Source: Felis catus
Taxonomy: Eukaryota
Direction of reading: 5' to 3'
Assembly: GCF_018350175.1 (NCBI RefSeq)
Contig: NC_058368.1
Coordinates: 77,130,001-77,194,000, forward strand
DNA length: 64,000 bases
Below are positions 1 to 12,055 of the stretch, piece by piece. Position numbers and translations under genes: made by a program. Below the pieces are notes generated by a model that had not been told where the DNA came from, searched no databases, and saw nothing but the letters and a program-made list of their open reading frames with translations. Numbering within the stretch: position 1 is the stretch's first letter; every line of letters starts with the position of its first letter.

Positions 1-789
1 CCATGCGTTCCAGCCGAGATGACTGGCAACGTGTCAGACACAGGACACCTTAGGTATCGGGATCACTTCCACTGGATATTTATTCTCCCCACTGGGTGTA
101 TGGCGCTCTAAACAAAGTGTTTCCTGGGAAAGTGATCTTTAGATTCAGTGAGACCAGTGTCACTTAACACACCACCTGAGTTTCAATTGTAGAATATTTG
201 ACACCACTGAAAGTGATCAAACGAAACCATTCAGAAGAGCCGACACGCCCCTTCTGTGTTTACCCAGCAAGGGAAGCCTAAGTGTGGTGTTGACAGCCCA
301 TGGCTGTCTCTTCACTGGCTAACTCTGTGCTCGTCTGGAAAGTTCGTTCATTATAGTTTTCGTGATGCCATTGTTTCTCCTTCCGTATATTTAGATAGAA
401 TGGGCACCTTAACTTTATCTTGTTCAAATGCTTTAACCTTCCTGAAAAGAATTGGTGCTGGCTTATTTGCTGGTTCCTTCTGAGAGGGGAATCCTTTGTT
501 TAGGACGCATGCAAAGATCCCCTACCCCCAACTCTCAGAATACCAATAGCAGCCATATCGGAGCGAATTCACATAATTCACATTTCTGGTCTTTCCATTT
601 CACTCCAGTTCACTTCCACCATCCTGTTATGGGATTTAGAATGACTTTTATAAGTTTAGGAAACAACGATCTGTTCTAATTTGCAAACTGAATCTGTTTC
701 CTCCTGTTACTTTGTTTCCCACTCCCATTTAAGCTGTTAGTGGTACGTGAATCAAAACCAACTGACACTACGGAGTCTCTCCATGTGCC

Positions 790-950
790 AGGCAGGGTTG
801 TAAAGTGTTTCCAAGAATCACCTAATTCAGTTCCCTTTCCTTAAAAACCATTGCTATGGGGTTGGAGACTGTTCTTGTTCCCTCTTTATTGACACGGAAA
901 GTCTTTAATTAGAATAAATAACTTGTCCCAAGGTATACAACCAGGTGGTC
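790..950 (-). mobile_element. MIR fragment
   Basis: Degenerate reverse MIR core (…taacttgtcccaaggtatacaacc…). Confidence 0.5.
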
Positions 951-1003
951 CACGTTGTGTTCATTGTCTTAGAATAGGGATATATTTGAAAAACAAAAAT
1001 CTC

Positions 1004-1234
1004 GGGGCACCTGGGTGGCGCAGTCGGTTAAGCGTCCGACTTCAGCCAGGTCACGATCTCGCGGTCCGGGAGTTCGAGCCCCGCGTCAGGCTCTGGGCTG
1101 ATGGCTCAGAGCCTGGAGCCTGTTTCCGATTCTGTGTCTCCCTCTCTCTCTGCCCCTCCCCCGTTCATGCTCTGTCTCTCTCTGTCCCAAAAATAAATAA
1201 AAACGTTGGAAAAAAAAAATTAAAAAAAAAAAAA
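1004..1234 (+). mobile_element. Young CAN-SINE (SINEC_Fc type), full length
   Basis: GGGGCACCTGGGTGGCGCAGTCGGTTAAG head, A/B boxes, (CT)n, AATAAA, A-tail; TSD GAAAAACAAAAATCT at 988-1002 and 1235-1249. Confidence 0.97.
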
Positions 1235-1289
1235 GAAAAACAAAAATCTTCAAGGAAACTTAGAAAAGTCGGGGCTTAGATAAGATGGT

Positions 1290-1806
1290 CAGGAGAATGA
1301 TCAAAACGAGGAGGTCCCCTCTCTGCCCTGGAGAGCAAGATCTCCCTGGGCTGGTAGAGTGGCTGTGCGGAATGGCATGGGGTTAAGAGCAGGATGCTTC
1401 CCCTTCCCCAGGGACTTCTGGGGAGGTGCAAAGCCCTGGACACATGGGAACAAAGAAATGGGCTCAGAGATCCGAGGGCCTCCCACAGCCTAGACATAGC
1501 GGGAAGATTCTTGGGAAACTCAGAAGCACAGGAGACAGAGCAGAGAGCTGAGCCGTTTCACGGCCCACCGTGGACTAACAGCCCATAGTCAGAGGCCATG
1601 GACATCTCAGCGGACACCTGCAGTGACAGGTGACCAAGAGATCCACAAAGCTTTCCCAGGGCTCTCCACCACACGGCTCCCCAGAACTTAGAGCCAACCC
1701 CTAGGGAATATACCATCGACTGCATTTACGATTCTACTGTCCTAGCAGAGCACTGGCTTCAAATGAGAAACTAGGGAGGTACATTTCTTGCACACCTGAT
1801 GCTACG
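1290..1806 (+). mobile_element. Ancient Gypsy-like LTR relic (MamGypLTR-like)
   Basis: Ends in ACATTTCTTGCACACCTGA, matching the recalled MamGypLTR 3' motif; internal GGACATCTCAGCGGACACC…GACCAAG also resembles this family. Confidence 0.6.
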
Positions 1807-1906
1807 AGCGGTGGGGGGCTGACCTGAATGTGTCTGATGTGTCTGTGTAAAGCGTCTCCCCTACTATAGAACCATTGCTTATAAACGAACTTCCTTTGCT
1901 TTCTTC

Positions 1907-2315
1907 AGTAGAGGAATAAAAACTTTTCCTCCACCCTCTTAGGGTCCCTGGCTTGGTGTGAAATTAGACTGACAAGGGCAGAATCACAGAAGAAAAGCAC
2001 ACACATTTCTTTCACATCTTTTATGTGACATGGGAGCCGTCATAAGGAAATGAAGACACAAAGAAAGAGTTAACCGTGTTCCTGTGCTAGGTCGGATGGA
2101 GAGTGGGCAGTCCTGGAAGGATATGATAGGTCAAAGAATAGTAGGTCAGGGTAGTAAATTGGGGGAAACGTAAAGAGCCTCATTCGTTCTGGGACACCTG
2201 GGTGGCTCAGTCAGTTAAGCATCTGACTCTTGATCTTGGCTCAGGCCACCGTCCCAGTGTCGTGAGATCGAGCCCCACATTGGGCTCTGTGTTGACGGTA
2301 CAGAGCCTGCTTGGG

Positions 2316-2354
<39 letters not shown>

Positions 2355-2622
2355 AGAAATAAATAAACAGTAACATATATTAAAAATAAAAGCCTTATTG
2401 TTTCAGCTTCTTCATGCCGTCCCTCTTGGAGATAGGATTCCCGTTTCCTCTGGGTATGGGGAGGGCACCTGGGTATGGGGAGGGTATGGGGAGGGCACAC
2501 AGGGGTCTTACAGCCAATATCGGAGGAGGGGTAGGGGGAGTCCATTCCTCAGAGCCCTGCAGCTCAGAATATTGAATATACCAAGGTGCCGTATTTTGGA
2601 GTAATGTACTCTGAACCCCCTC
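1907..2622 (-). mobile_element. MER34-family (ERV1) solo LTR interrupted by a SINE
   Basis: Minus-strand start GGGGTTCAGAGTACATTACTCCAAAATACGGCACCTTGGTATATTCAATATT resembles the MER34A 5' end. Confidence 0.75.
2191..2388 (+). mobile_element. Older CAN-SINE nested in MER34 LTR
   Basis: tRNA-like head, long (CT)n, AATAAA; degenerate TSD (agagcctcatt / aaagccttatt). Confidence 0.92.
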
Positions 2623-2948
2623 TTCTCTTCCATAGGAATCACCTATTAGTTTTTCGATTGGTTAACTAATTTGTCAACCTATATGCTATTTACGTAAGTC
2701 ATTGCTAATCAGGAATGCTAACGGTGGGGCCGCTTCAGAGAATCTGAGCGACTAGTAACATTTGGGAAGCCACCCTTAAAAGTCATATGGTAGCACAAAG
2801 AGTTAATAGGAGATATCACTGAAATATGGCTCGAAACCTAAACCTGTGCTGTCAGAAGCCATGGCAGGTGTTGCCCTGGGTTGGGGGGAAGGGTAGGTGT
2901 GGGTAGGGGGGTGTGCGGATAGGGGGGTGTGAGGGTATCTGGAAACAT

Positions 2949-3200
2949 TGTCATGGGCTGAATGGTGTCCCCCCAAAAGATATGTTGGAGTCTTAACCCC
3001 CAGTACCCGGGAATGTGACCTGACTGGGAAATAGAGTTTTTGCCGATGTAATCAGGTTAAAGCTCGTCACCAAAGTGTCCTCATCAGAAGAGGGAGGAGG
3101 CCATGTGAGGACAGAGGCAGAGACTGGAGGGGGGACTTCATTTTCAAGCTGAGGAGCCCCAAGGATTGCCAGCCATCCCTCTAGCTAGGGGACAGGCCCA
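2949..3200 (+). mobile_element. MLT1 (MaLR) LTR, MLT1B/C-like, partial
   Basis: TGTCATGGGCTGAATGGTGTCCCCCCAAAAGATATGTTGGAGTCTTAACCCCCAG start; GGCCATGTGAGGACAGAGGCAGAGACTGGAG. Confidence 0.8.
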
Positions 3201-6200
3201 GAACACACAGCCTTCAGCCACCTGCTCAGTGACACTTGTTTCGGGAGCTGGTCACGTTCCGTTCTCAATCTGGGTGTTTTCAGTTTGCAAATGCTCAAGA
3301 GAGCTGCACGACTAGGGACTGCGCACTCTTCCCTGGCGTGCGGTGCTCTAACACAAAGGTGAAAATCGGTATCACCGGGCGGATGCTTGGATGACGTCGA
3401 GCGAAAGGCTCTTTCTTGTGCCCGGTTGACAGGAAGAATTTCATGGCTCCATGTGCCTTGGAAGAAAGCATGTGGGAAAATGATAAAGTGATAAAAGAAG
3501 GTGGTAAAATAGAAGTGTGCAGGGAAAGTGAGTGTAACTGGGAGGGCCCACATCGCAGCAGAGGAAGACCCCTCTTCAGAAGGCGAATCCAAGAAAATGA
3601 TAGCTTGCTTAATTTAAAGGAAATTTGATGTCTCTCTCAGGAGCTTATCTGTTCACGTGACCACCACTTTTAGGTCAGCTGTAATTACTGCTAGTTCTTT
3701 GCCAGACCCTTCATTAATGAGGCTCTTGGCACTCCTATTAGCTGCTGGCTTTGTTGCCTGAGACGCGCCCCTGGTTTGTCATGGAAGCTTCCACACATAG
3801 GAGACTAGGCGGGTGGAAGGAAAGGCTAAGAAGTCAGAGCCCCAGGGAGCCTCTCCAGGCGCTGGAAACACTTGGTAACTTTTCTTAGAACTGTCACTGG
3901 TATTAACTTCTAACCCATTAAACTCGCTTACAGGATAGCTTTAGTCAATGAAGCAGGATATGGCCTTTTCTTGGCCTCTCCATTCCCCATTCCAGCAAAA
4001 TGAATGAAACACAAAAAGTTCACAGGGGAAGCGGCTGGGGAGGCAGTGTTGGGAGCTGGTGTCGGGAAGGGCTTTTAACTTGTCTTAACATTACTGTCCT
4101 TACCCATTTCAACTTTTATCTGCTCATTAGCTCCTTAAAGTTTGTTCATCCATCCATCAAAAAGGAAAAAACAAAAACCAAATGATGTGTGAAGAGATCT
4201 TTTAGGTGTTGCTGGGTCTAAAATGTCCTCTCCTAAATTTGTCTAAACATGATTAGCTTCTCATCAGGGGAGATGGGGCTCCTTTTCATGAACAGTTAGT
4301 TAATAGTCATTTGTGATTTTTAAAAGCACTTATCTACGAAATTGCTTTAGAAATGTTCGGGACAGAAAGAAGGGGGAACTAACTAGCCCAAAATTTTGCA
4401 GAGTCACTCTTTACAAATAATGAAGCGTGTTTAGAATTAGGTTTTAATGATGTCACAGGTCGGGAGATATTGTCCACCCCTGGGATGGACAATCCCATTG
4501 GATAAAGGATCCAGAGTTTTGATTATAAATAATACAAGTTTATTGGGTCACAAGAATTTGTGTCTATTTACTCAATGTGTCCATTAAGACCCTGCTCAGA
4601 TCTTCACAAATTCATTTCTCTTAACTTCCTAAAGGGAACCAGATTCTTTAGAGGGAAACGGGCATCACTGATTAGATAGATTTCCTTCAACTGACTGATA
4701 GGCTCAAAGTGAAGAAAAGTGTCGGGACCAAGGAACCCAAATAGAGCTAGCACGCAGTCAAAGATATCATTCACTCCCTCCCTCCCTCCCTCATTCATTC
4801 GTTCAGATAACAATCAACGAGGACAGTAGTGTAAGAGATGGGAAAGATTTAGCTCCCACACCAAAATCTTAATCGTCCTGTAGGAGCTATAAACGTGAGA
4901 TTAAGGCGGCTTACGTACCTAAATACACTTCAAGACAGAACGTGAACCTATTGTAGTCTATAAATATTAATTGCTGAGATAGTGGGGGCGTGAGTGAAGT
5001 CTTCAAAAGCCCACGATGGATGCATTCACCCATCGTTATAGAGGCTAGAACATTCACCAATGTTTCAGTCATTAGGCCTAGATGGACTCAGCGTCATTAG
5101 CCACAAATAAAGAAGGTTGGACTACTAGATAATCCCCTTACACTCTTTTTCCAACTGACACGACCATCCTGATTACCTTGCGGAGATGGAGAACGGATTC
5201 CAGTACTGAAATCCAAGGAACACTGCTTGCCCCCGTATCTTTAGCATCATTTTTTAGGACCATTCCCATTTTTTACACCGATCGTCTGTTTTCAGTAGTC
5301 GTCAACCGGCAGGTCGGGGCCGGGGCCAGGCATTCCATGACCAGTATCTAAATCTAAATCCAGATCCAAATCGAACTTTAGACACGACCACTTATTTACT
5401 TAATTTGGCATAGCAGACACAGTTCTCAGTAAGTGCCAAGCTACCAGGCTGCGTGCCTGGACTCGAAGGGGCCAGATGCTTGATCTCTCGGTGAACTCTA
5501 GCGGCCTCCGCACGTAGATCTCCCCCACGTTGGCTTGCAAGTGCTGCATACGTCTCTAGTTCAGCTACTTAGCTGTAGTCCTTGGAGCGGAGGAAGTGAC
5601 ATTGCTTGAATGAGTGAGTGCATCTAGGACAGAAGCCTGGCCCCCTGTCTCGGGGGTTCAGAGTCTACTAGAGGAGGCAAGTATACACAACCACAGCAGA
5701 GCCAAACCGGGAGCACCGATGGCCATATAAACAATGTGTCACTTGGGTCCAGAGCTGGATTAATTCATTCTGACTCCAGGAGCAGGCTGGCTGTGAAGAG
5801 GCAGGGTATTCAGTTGAAGTGGGGAAAAGAAAAACCTTTTATGTAGAAAATTATGGTAAACAGATGCTTCCCTGCTTAAGTACTTACTTCAGAAACTCTT
5901 AAAAGTGTGTCGTACCCCACCCACGGCCCAGCTGCCACATGTTCACGGCCGCCCTTTCAAGTGAGCAGAGTAGCTCTGCATTCGTGGGGAGGGAATGGCA
6001 GGAAGCGCTTTGAACACTGTATTCCTGAGTTTACAGAAGGTCTAAGGCGTTTGCCTGCTCCAAATTGTCTCCTCTGTTGGTTTGCTATAGCAGCTTCCTT
6101 TCCTAGGGACAAGCGTGACCTCCCCTCTGTGGAAGTCACATCTCCCGGCTGTTACACTCACAGCTCCGTCTCTATGCAGCTCTGGGAGGGTTTCCCACTC

Positions 6201-6299
6201 CCAGCCCCTGTGCAGGTGCACAGGTGTTGAGTTCACCTGCAGCCTGAGTTTGAGAGGAAAAGAAGAGGGAGGTCCAGTGTCAAATACAAACACTCGAGG

Positions 6300-7195
6300 A
6301 TGCTAAGGCGGGAAGGTAGGTCCAGGTGGCCCAGAACATTCCTAGAAGAAAAAAGCAGAGCAAACCGCCCCTGTTTTAAACTGTCTGCGGCAACCCTGAG
6401 CCCAGCCATACTGGCGTTTGGAGATCCTGTTCTGAAGCCGTGAACTCTGTTTAACTCCTGGCCCGGCGAGTTGTTTGTCTTTTTCTTTTTTTCTGTACTG
6501 AAATTATTCAGAGACTCCTTTTCCCCCGAACTTTCTAATTCCTGAGAATTTGGATCACCAGAGAGAGAGAGAGAGAGAGAGACAGAGAAAGTCATCTCAG
6601 CACAGCTGATAACACTATATGCACTAGGCAAGACCCTCCTTTGGAAAAGAACAAGAAAAAGGTTGAGATATGATTTTGTGTCTTCTCTTTCCTCTGGATT
6701 TTTCTTCTGCAAGATTTCAGCAGGTAGCTGTTGCCTAGGGAGATTTTGCCTGAGGAACTGCTGCGGGGCTGGCAAGTAGAAACTCCTCCCCCCTCCTTTC
6801 TCTCTTTTGCAGGAAGAAAGCACACGCAGGGACTGTACCTGAAGGGCTTTCTGAGTGGACTGAGTGTCCGGACAGAGAAAGAGCTGTTTCTGGATTTAGA
6901 AGGGGGAGGGCGCTCTGGTCTACCCCCAGCCCGACCCAGCAGGAATCGGAACCTTGAAGGAACCCACCAGGGAGGGGGGGCATCAGAGCCTCTGAACCTG
7001 GAAGGACCATGTGGGAACCCGGGTGGCTGCTTCTGGAAAATCTCCAGAGCCCCGGGGACAGGAGTAATGCAGTGATATCTGAGACCGTATTTCCCATAAC
7101 ACTGGCAGCTTGGGGCGGGGAGAGCCAGAGAGCCGGCTTGCAGAAAATAAAATAATGTTTCTTACGCACTCCATTCTGTGGGCTCAAAGGCATTC
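6300..7195 (+). mobile_element. Ancient Gypsy-like LTR relics (MamGypLTR1-like 6655-7195, preceded by a related fragment)
   Basis: TTGAGATATGATTTTGTGTC…CAGCAGGTAGC start; GGGGACAGG…GTGATATCTGAG…AAAATAAAA…TTTCTTACGCAC end; both resemble the recalled MamGypLTR1 consensus. Confidence 0.6.
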
Positions 7196-7589
7196 TTTCC
7201 AGAATAATTATGTTATATTTACTGTTTTATGTAAAGTAAACCCTGAGTTCAACTAATCAATGTCCAATTTACTAATTTATCAAAATTACAAACACGCTTA
7301 TGAACTGATGCTAACTGAAGTCCTGTTGTTAAGGGAAAGGGACATATATTTCTACAGGCACCAATACATGTCTCTTTCTCCTTATTATGTAATATATTTT
7401 GTATCTCACAACGTTAATTTATATTTTGTAAAGAACAACAAGGGACATTATGCTTTTAAAATGTAAGGATTTCTTTCGAAAATTCTCTTTACTCGGTTTT
7501 ATATTTTGACAATAGGACCTTTTATGACAAGAACATGGTATATAGAAGTGTTTCTCGAAGCATTTTGGTTGAATGGCTAATCTGATTAA

Positions 7590-7930
7590 TGGAGAGACAT
7601 TCCAGACGCTCTCCAACATGGCCCAATAGAGTGTGCAGAGGCACAAATTTGGGGAGTGATTTGGCAACATTTACAGACATCCTAAAATTATTCAGAGTTT
7701 TGACTCAGAAGTCCCATTTCTAGGTATTTGTGTTAAGGAAATAATTACAGAAAGATGCTACAATGAATAGAAAGAATGCTTGGCTGAGTGAGGTTTTGAA
7801 AAACAACATTTAAGGTTGTAAAGAACGCTAATGTCCCAAAGTAATGCACTGGCCAGGTAAGAATGATGCATCTTATAGTACAGTGTTTCGCAGCCATTAG
7901 AACTTATATGTATATAAATTATATATTCCT
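7590..7930 (+). mobile_element. Old L1 (L1ME-like) fragment
   Basis: TTTGGCAACATTTA…TTTGACTCAGAAGTCCCATTTCTAGGTATTT motif of L1 ORF2 3' region. Confidence 0.65.
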
Positions 7931-8164
7931 TGTATATTTTCAAGATAAAGCCAGCTATTCAAACACACAAAGTATCCTTTTACTACTAGATTTCTCTCCC
8001 TTGTATATGGCTAAATAATTTAAATTTTCTTGTCTTCACAATGACCAATCACTAGTCTTAAAATGAAGAATATTCTCAATAGAATTAAGGCTCTAAATTT
8101 AAAAAGGAAAAGGATTTGAATATATATTGTTGCATTTTTTTTCAACACAAAGAAAAATATCTCA

Positions 8165-8380
8165 GGGGCGCCTGGGGTGGCTCAGTCGGTTGAGCGCCCG
8201 ACTTCGGCTCAGGTCATGATCTCACAGTCTGTGGGTTCGAGGCCTGCGTCAGGCTCTTTGCTGACAGCTCGGAGCCTGGAGCCTGCTTCGGATTCCGTCT
8301 CTCCCTTCCTCTCTCTGCCTCTCCCCGGCTTATGCTGTCTCTCCCTCTTATAAATAAACATCAAAAAAATAGTTTTAATT
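8165..8380 (+). mobile_element. CAN-SINE
   Basis: Head/boxes/(CT)/AATAAA; TSD AAAAATATCT. Confidence 0.95.
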
Positions 8381-8504
8381 AAAAATATCTTAAAAGAATA
8401 ATGATTATCGTGGACCAACCAGAATTGTCTCACTTGCCTAAGGTTTTGCCGCAGACTTCAATCTTAATATAGTTTTTTTTTTTTTTAATTTTAGTCTTAA
8501 GCAG

Positions 8505-9120
8505 ATGATATTTTAGAGCAGTTTTAGATATAGAAAAATTAGGGACACAGTACAGAGAGTTTTCATATGCCTTCTGCCATTTTTCCCAATTCCTGACATC
8601 CTAAATTTGTTGTAATTAACTATTTCTATTAGAAGTCCTCAGTTTCTCATGGGGCGCCTGGGTGGCTCAGTCGGTTAAGCGTCCGACTTCGGCTCAGGTC
8701 ATGATCTCGTGGTCCACGAGTTCGAGCCCCGCGTCGTGATGGCTCAGAGCTTGGAGCCTGCTTCCGATTCTGTTTCCCTCTCTCTCTGCCCCTCCCCCGT
8801 TCATGCTGTGTCTCTCTCTGTCTCAAAAATAAATAAACATTAAAATAAAATTAAAAAAAAAAAAAAAAAGAAGTCCTCAGTTTCTCTAGAGTTCCTTCAC
8901 TTTTGCCCCATGTCCTTTTTCTGTTCTAGAATCTCATCTGGGATGCCACATAGCACGTATCGTCACGTCTCTTTCGGGCCTTCCCGGCTGTGACAGCTTC
9001 TTGGGCTTTCCTTGTTTTGATGTCCCTGACAGGTTTGAGGAGGGCTGGTCAGGAACTCTGCAGAATGTCCTTCTAATGGAATTTGTCTGATGTCTTTCTC
9101 ACGAGTAGATGAGGGTTTCC
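8505..9120 (-). mobile_element. Old L1 3' end (L1MC-like) interrupted by a SINE
   Basis: TTTTAGAGCAGTTTTAG…GTACAGAGAGTT…GGAATTTGTCTGATGTCTTTCTC pattern. Confidence 0.7.
8651..8868 (+). mobile_element. CAN-SINE with short internal deletion
   Basis: Perfect 18-bp TSD AGAAGTCCTCAGTTTCTC at 8631-8648 and 8869-8886. Confidence 0.97.
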
Positions 9121-9635
9121 GTAATCTGTTTTTTCAAAGTCTTCTCTCCAAGTTTCTCTCCAAAAAATTAGAAAAGAATTCATACCCTTGAACATCACAA
9201 AATCGCCAAGTCTAAACCCCGGGCAATGTTTTGTGTCTTCTAATTCATTGAAAAATATGCAAAATGACACTAAGTTCCCAGGCCGCAGGCCTCTCCATTA
9301 GTAACCTAACCCCTGGTGCAAATAAACATCACATTTGATAGAAGTCACAGCCGTGGAGAAGCCGGGCCTCTGGCCTCCGGGGTTATAGGGCACTCCTGCT
9401 GGTTCCCCTCAACACTTCCAGGTTTGAATTTTGACGAGGTGTAGAACCTGTGGGTTAGAAGTGCACTGTTGCTGTTTCCCGTTTCCGTTTCAATTAGCTT
9501 CTGGGCCTTGGGCTGTGACAGGAGTCTCCAGCCTGAACGTCATGTAAACAACTGGAGACAAACACCTAATTAGTTTTCAGTTCCTTAATATTGTAAGCTG
9601 TGAAAGAATATGCAAGTTTTAAAATAGGATATATT

Positions 9636-9850
9636 GGGGCGCCTGGGTGGCTCAGTTGATCAAGCATCCAGCTCTTAGTTTTGGCTCAGGTGGTGATCTC
9701 ACAGTTCGTGGGGTTGAGCCCCACGTGGGGCTCCGCGCTGTCAGCTTGGGATTCTGTCTCTCCCTCTCTCTCTGCCCCTTCCCCGCTCGCTCTCTCTGTC
9801 GCTCTCTCTCAAAATAACTAAACGTAAAACAATAAAAATAATAAATAAAA
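9636..9850 (+). mobile_element. CAN-SINE
   Basis: Head, (CT)n, A-rich tail; TSD AAAATAGGA. Confidence 0.93.
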
Positions 9851-10311
9851 AATAGGAAATACGATCACCTCGCGGGGAAGAAAACTTTGCATAAGACTTG
9901 TTGAAACACGCTACGAGGTCCCAATGGCAAGACTGGCTTTTCCGCGCACACTCAGCTGGGAAGCCCAGATCAGGGATCCGTAAACTCATCCTTTACCAGA
10001 TGAGAGCAAACTACTTTTTCTGCCACACACGTGTCTCATGTCCTTTGGAAAACTCCAAATGTCTTAACGGAGATCCTGGACAACCCCTCGGTTAAGAGAC
10101 GGTGAAATGCATTTTTGCCGTTTAAAATAAACACTGATGGTTCCTTGTTAGTGTTTCTGTCACCAGCTGGTGGGCTAAGCTCTGAGGCATGCTTGAGTCT
10201 TCGCAGCACATCGGCGAGGAGGGACCTTGGGATGGGTGGAAAATTAACAGATCTGACATCTGAAGGAGGGTGCCAACAGTAGGATTTATATTAAAGGGAA
10301 ATATTAATTCA

Positions 10312-10552
10312 CTTTCTCCTTTTTTTTTTTTTTTAATTTTTTTTTTTTTAACGTTTACTTATTTTTGAGACAGAGAGAGACACAGCATGAACGGGGGAGG
10401 GGCAGAGAGAGAGGGAGACACAGAATCAGAAGCAAGCTCCAGGCTCTGGGCCATCAGCCCAGAGCCCGACGCGGGGCTCGAACTCGCGGACCGCGAGATC
10501 GTGACCTGAGCTGAAGTCGGGCACTTAACCAACTGAGCCACCCAAGCGCCCC
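10312..10552 (-). mobile_element. CAN-SINE
   Basis: Perfect 16-bp TSD GGGAAATATTAATTCA at 10296-10311 and 10553-10568. Confidence 0.97.
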
Positions 10553-11754
10553 GGGAAATATTAATTCAAAAGATGGTTCAGGCTGGCCTGAGCCTGTCCT
10601 GGGGATACGATAGGGTCCAGGCTGGAGAAGGGACATGGTCAGAGCCGCACTGGGCATTGAGAGCAAGGCCAGGTAGTCAAGTGTTTGGGGAGAAGATCTA
10701 AAATCACTATCAGAACTTGTGGGCACATGGGAACGCAGATACAATCATCCAGACACTGGAATAAAGGCGCCAACGCAGGGCTGGTTGTCGAGTGACGCCC
10801 TGGTGGGCTCACAGGAGGGCGCTATGTCCTGCAGAGGGCAGGATGCATTCCAGATTGCCAACCTCTTCTTTTTTACTCCACATTTTTTCCTGGCTTGTTA
10901 CTTTCATGATATTTTGACTTGCAAGTATTTTCATGTTGAGTTAATTTTTTTTTTTTTCCTGAGCTTCAGCATTTGGAAAGTTCTATTCTATCAGCAGGTC
11001 AGATCATGACTCGCTCATAGCTTGCAGTTGGGTTTTGTTTGCTTTTTTGTTTTACAGTTAAGACACCTAAGATTTCATTTCCGTGTGTGGCACAAGGTGA
11101 GAATCTGTCCTCCGTCTTTAAGTGGTTAACAAATTTCCTCAGCATCAACCACCGAAGAAAGACCTTGACCGCAAGCCTGAAAGTACCTGGCCTTTCCTTC
11201 TTTGTGTCACAGACGCCTACACCTAGTGTGGCATCTGGTCCATAGTAGTTACTAGATTAAATACCTGTTGGGTAAACAAATACTTCCTGAACGTGTCCTG
11301 GTCCCCTCCCCTGGACGTTTGGTCACATCTTGCAGACAACATGTTTGCTTTAATAAGGATTTGTTTTGGAGACGGATCTGTCCGTTGAAGGTGTGTAATG
11401 ATAATGATTTATTAGGAAAGAACCGATGGTCTGAAAGGCTGGGAATGCTGGGAACGAACACTTCCTACCAAGGTCTCTCTCGGGCTGCTTCCCAGTGGAA
11501 ACAGCTTCTCAAGCAGAGATGTCTGAGCGCCTGTGGCCCCAGGGTATGTGCCCTCCAGAGAGGCTCCTGCATGCCCCTGACTTGCCTTGGGTGGCTGTCT
11601 TAAGGGGACAGTATTTCCACCATTCATTCCTTCTAACAACACTTGTCATCACCTATGGCTGTTCTCTGTTCTGGGAATAAGACATTTTTATATGTTAGGG
11701 CATCTTTGCATAGTGTTTAACCGTAGGATGACTTCCCCATTGGCCACCGGTGAC

Positions 11755-12055
11755 GCAGAGTCCCCAAACCTCAGTTTTCTCATCTGCGAAATGAGCGTAA
11801 TGCTAGCCACCATTGCCTTACGGTCCACTTGTGCCTGGCACCCTTCCAAGTGCCTTATTCCTAATAGGTACCTAGTGCTCGTAGGAGGCGTGCACTATTT
11901 CTATCCTCTCTTTACAGATGAGGAGCCGGAGGCATGCAGGGGTAGTTGACTTACCTAAGCTAAACAGCCATATAATGACATATAAACAGCCAGTAATGAC
12001 AGGGCCAGGATTGAAATGCAGGCACTTCTGATTCCAGAGTCTCACATCTCCATAC
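11755..12055. mobile_element. Two MIR cores in tail-to-tail orientation
   Basis: CCTCAGTTTTCTCATCTGCGAAATG (+) and TTTACAGATGAGGAGCCGGAGG…GACTTACCTAAG (-). Confidence 0.75.

Noticed and set aside
1004..1090. tRNA-like A/B boxes
   Set aside because: These are SINE heads followed by (CT)n and A-tails, not tRNA genes; the same holds for all copies.
6233..6823. 196-aa minus-strand ORF, first suspected to be a first exon
   Set aside because: Runs antisense through LTR relics and a (GA)n tract; no recognisable domain.
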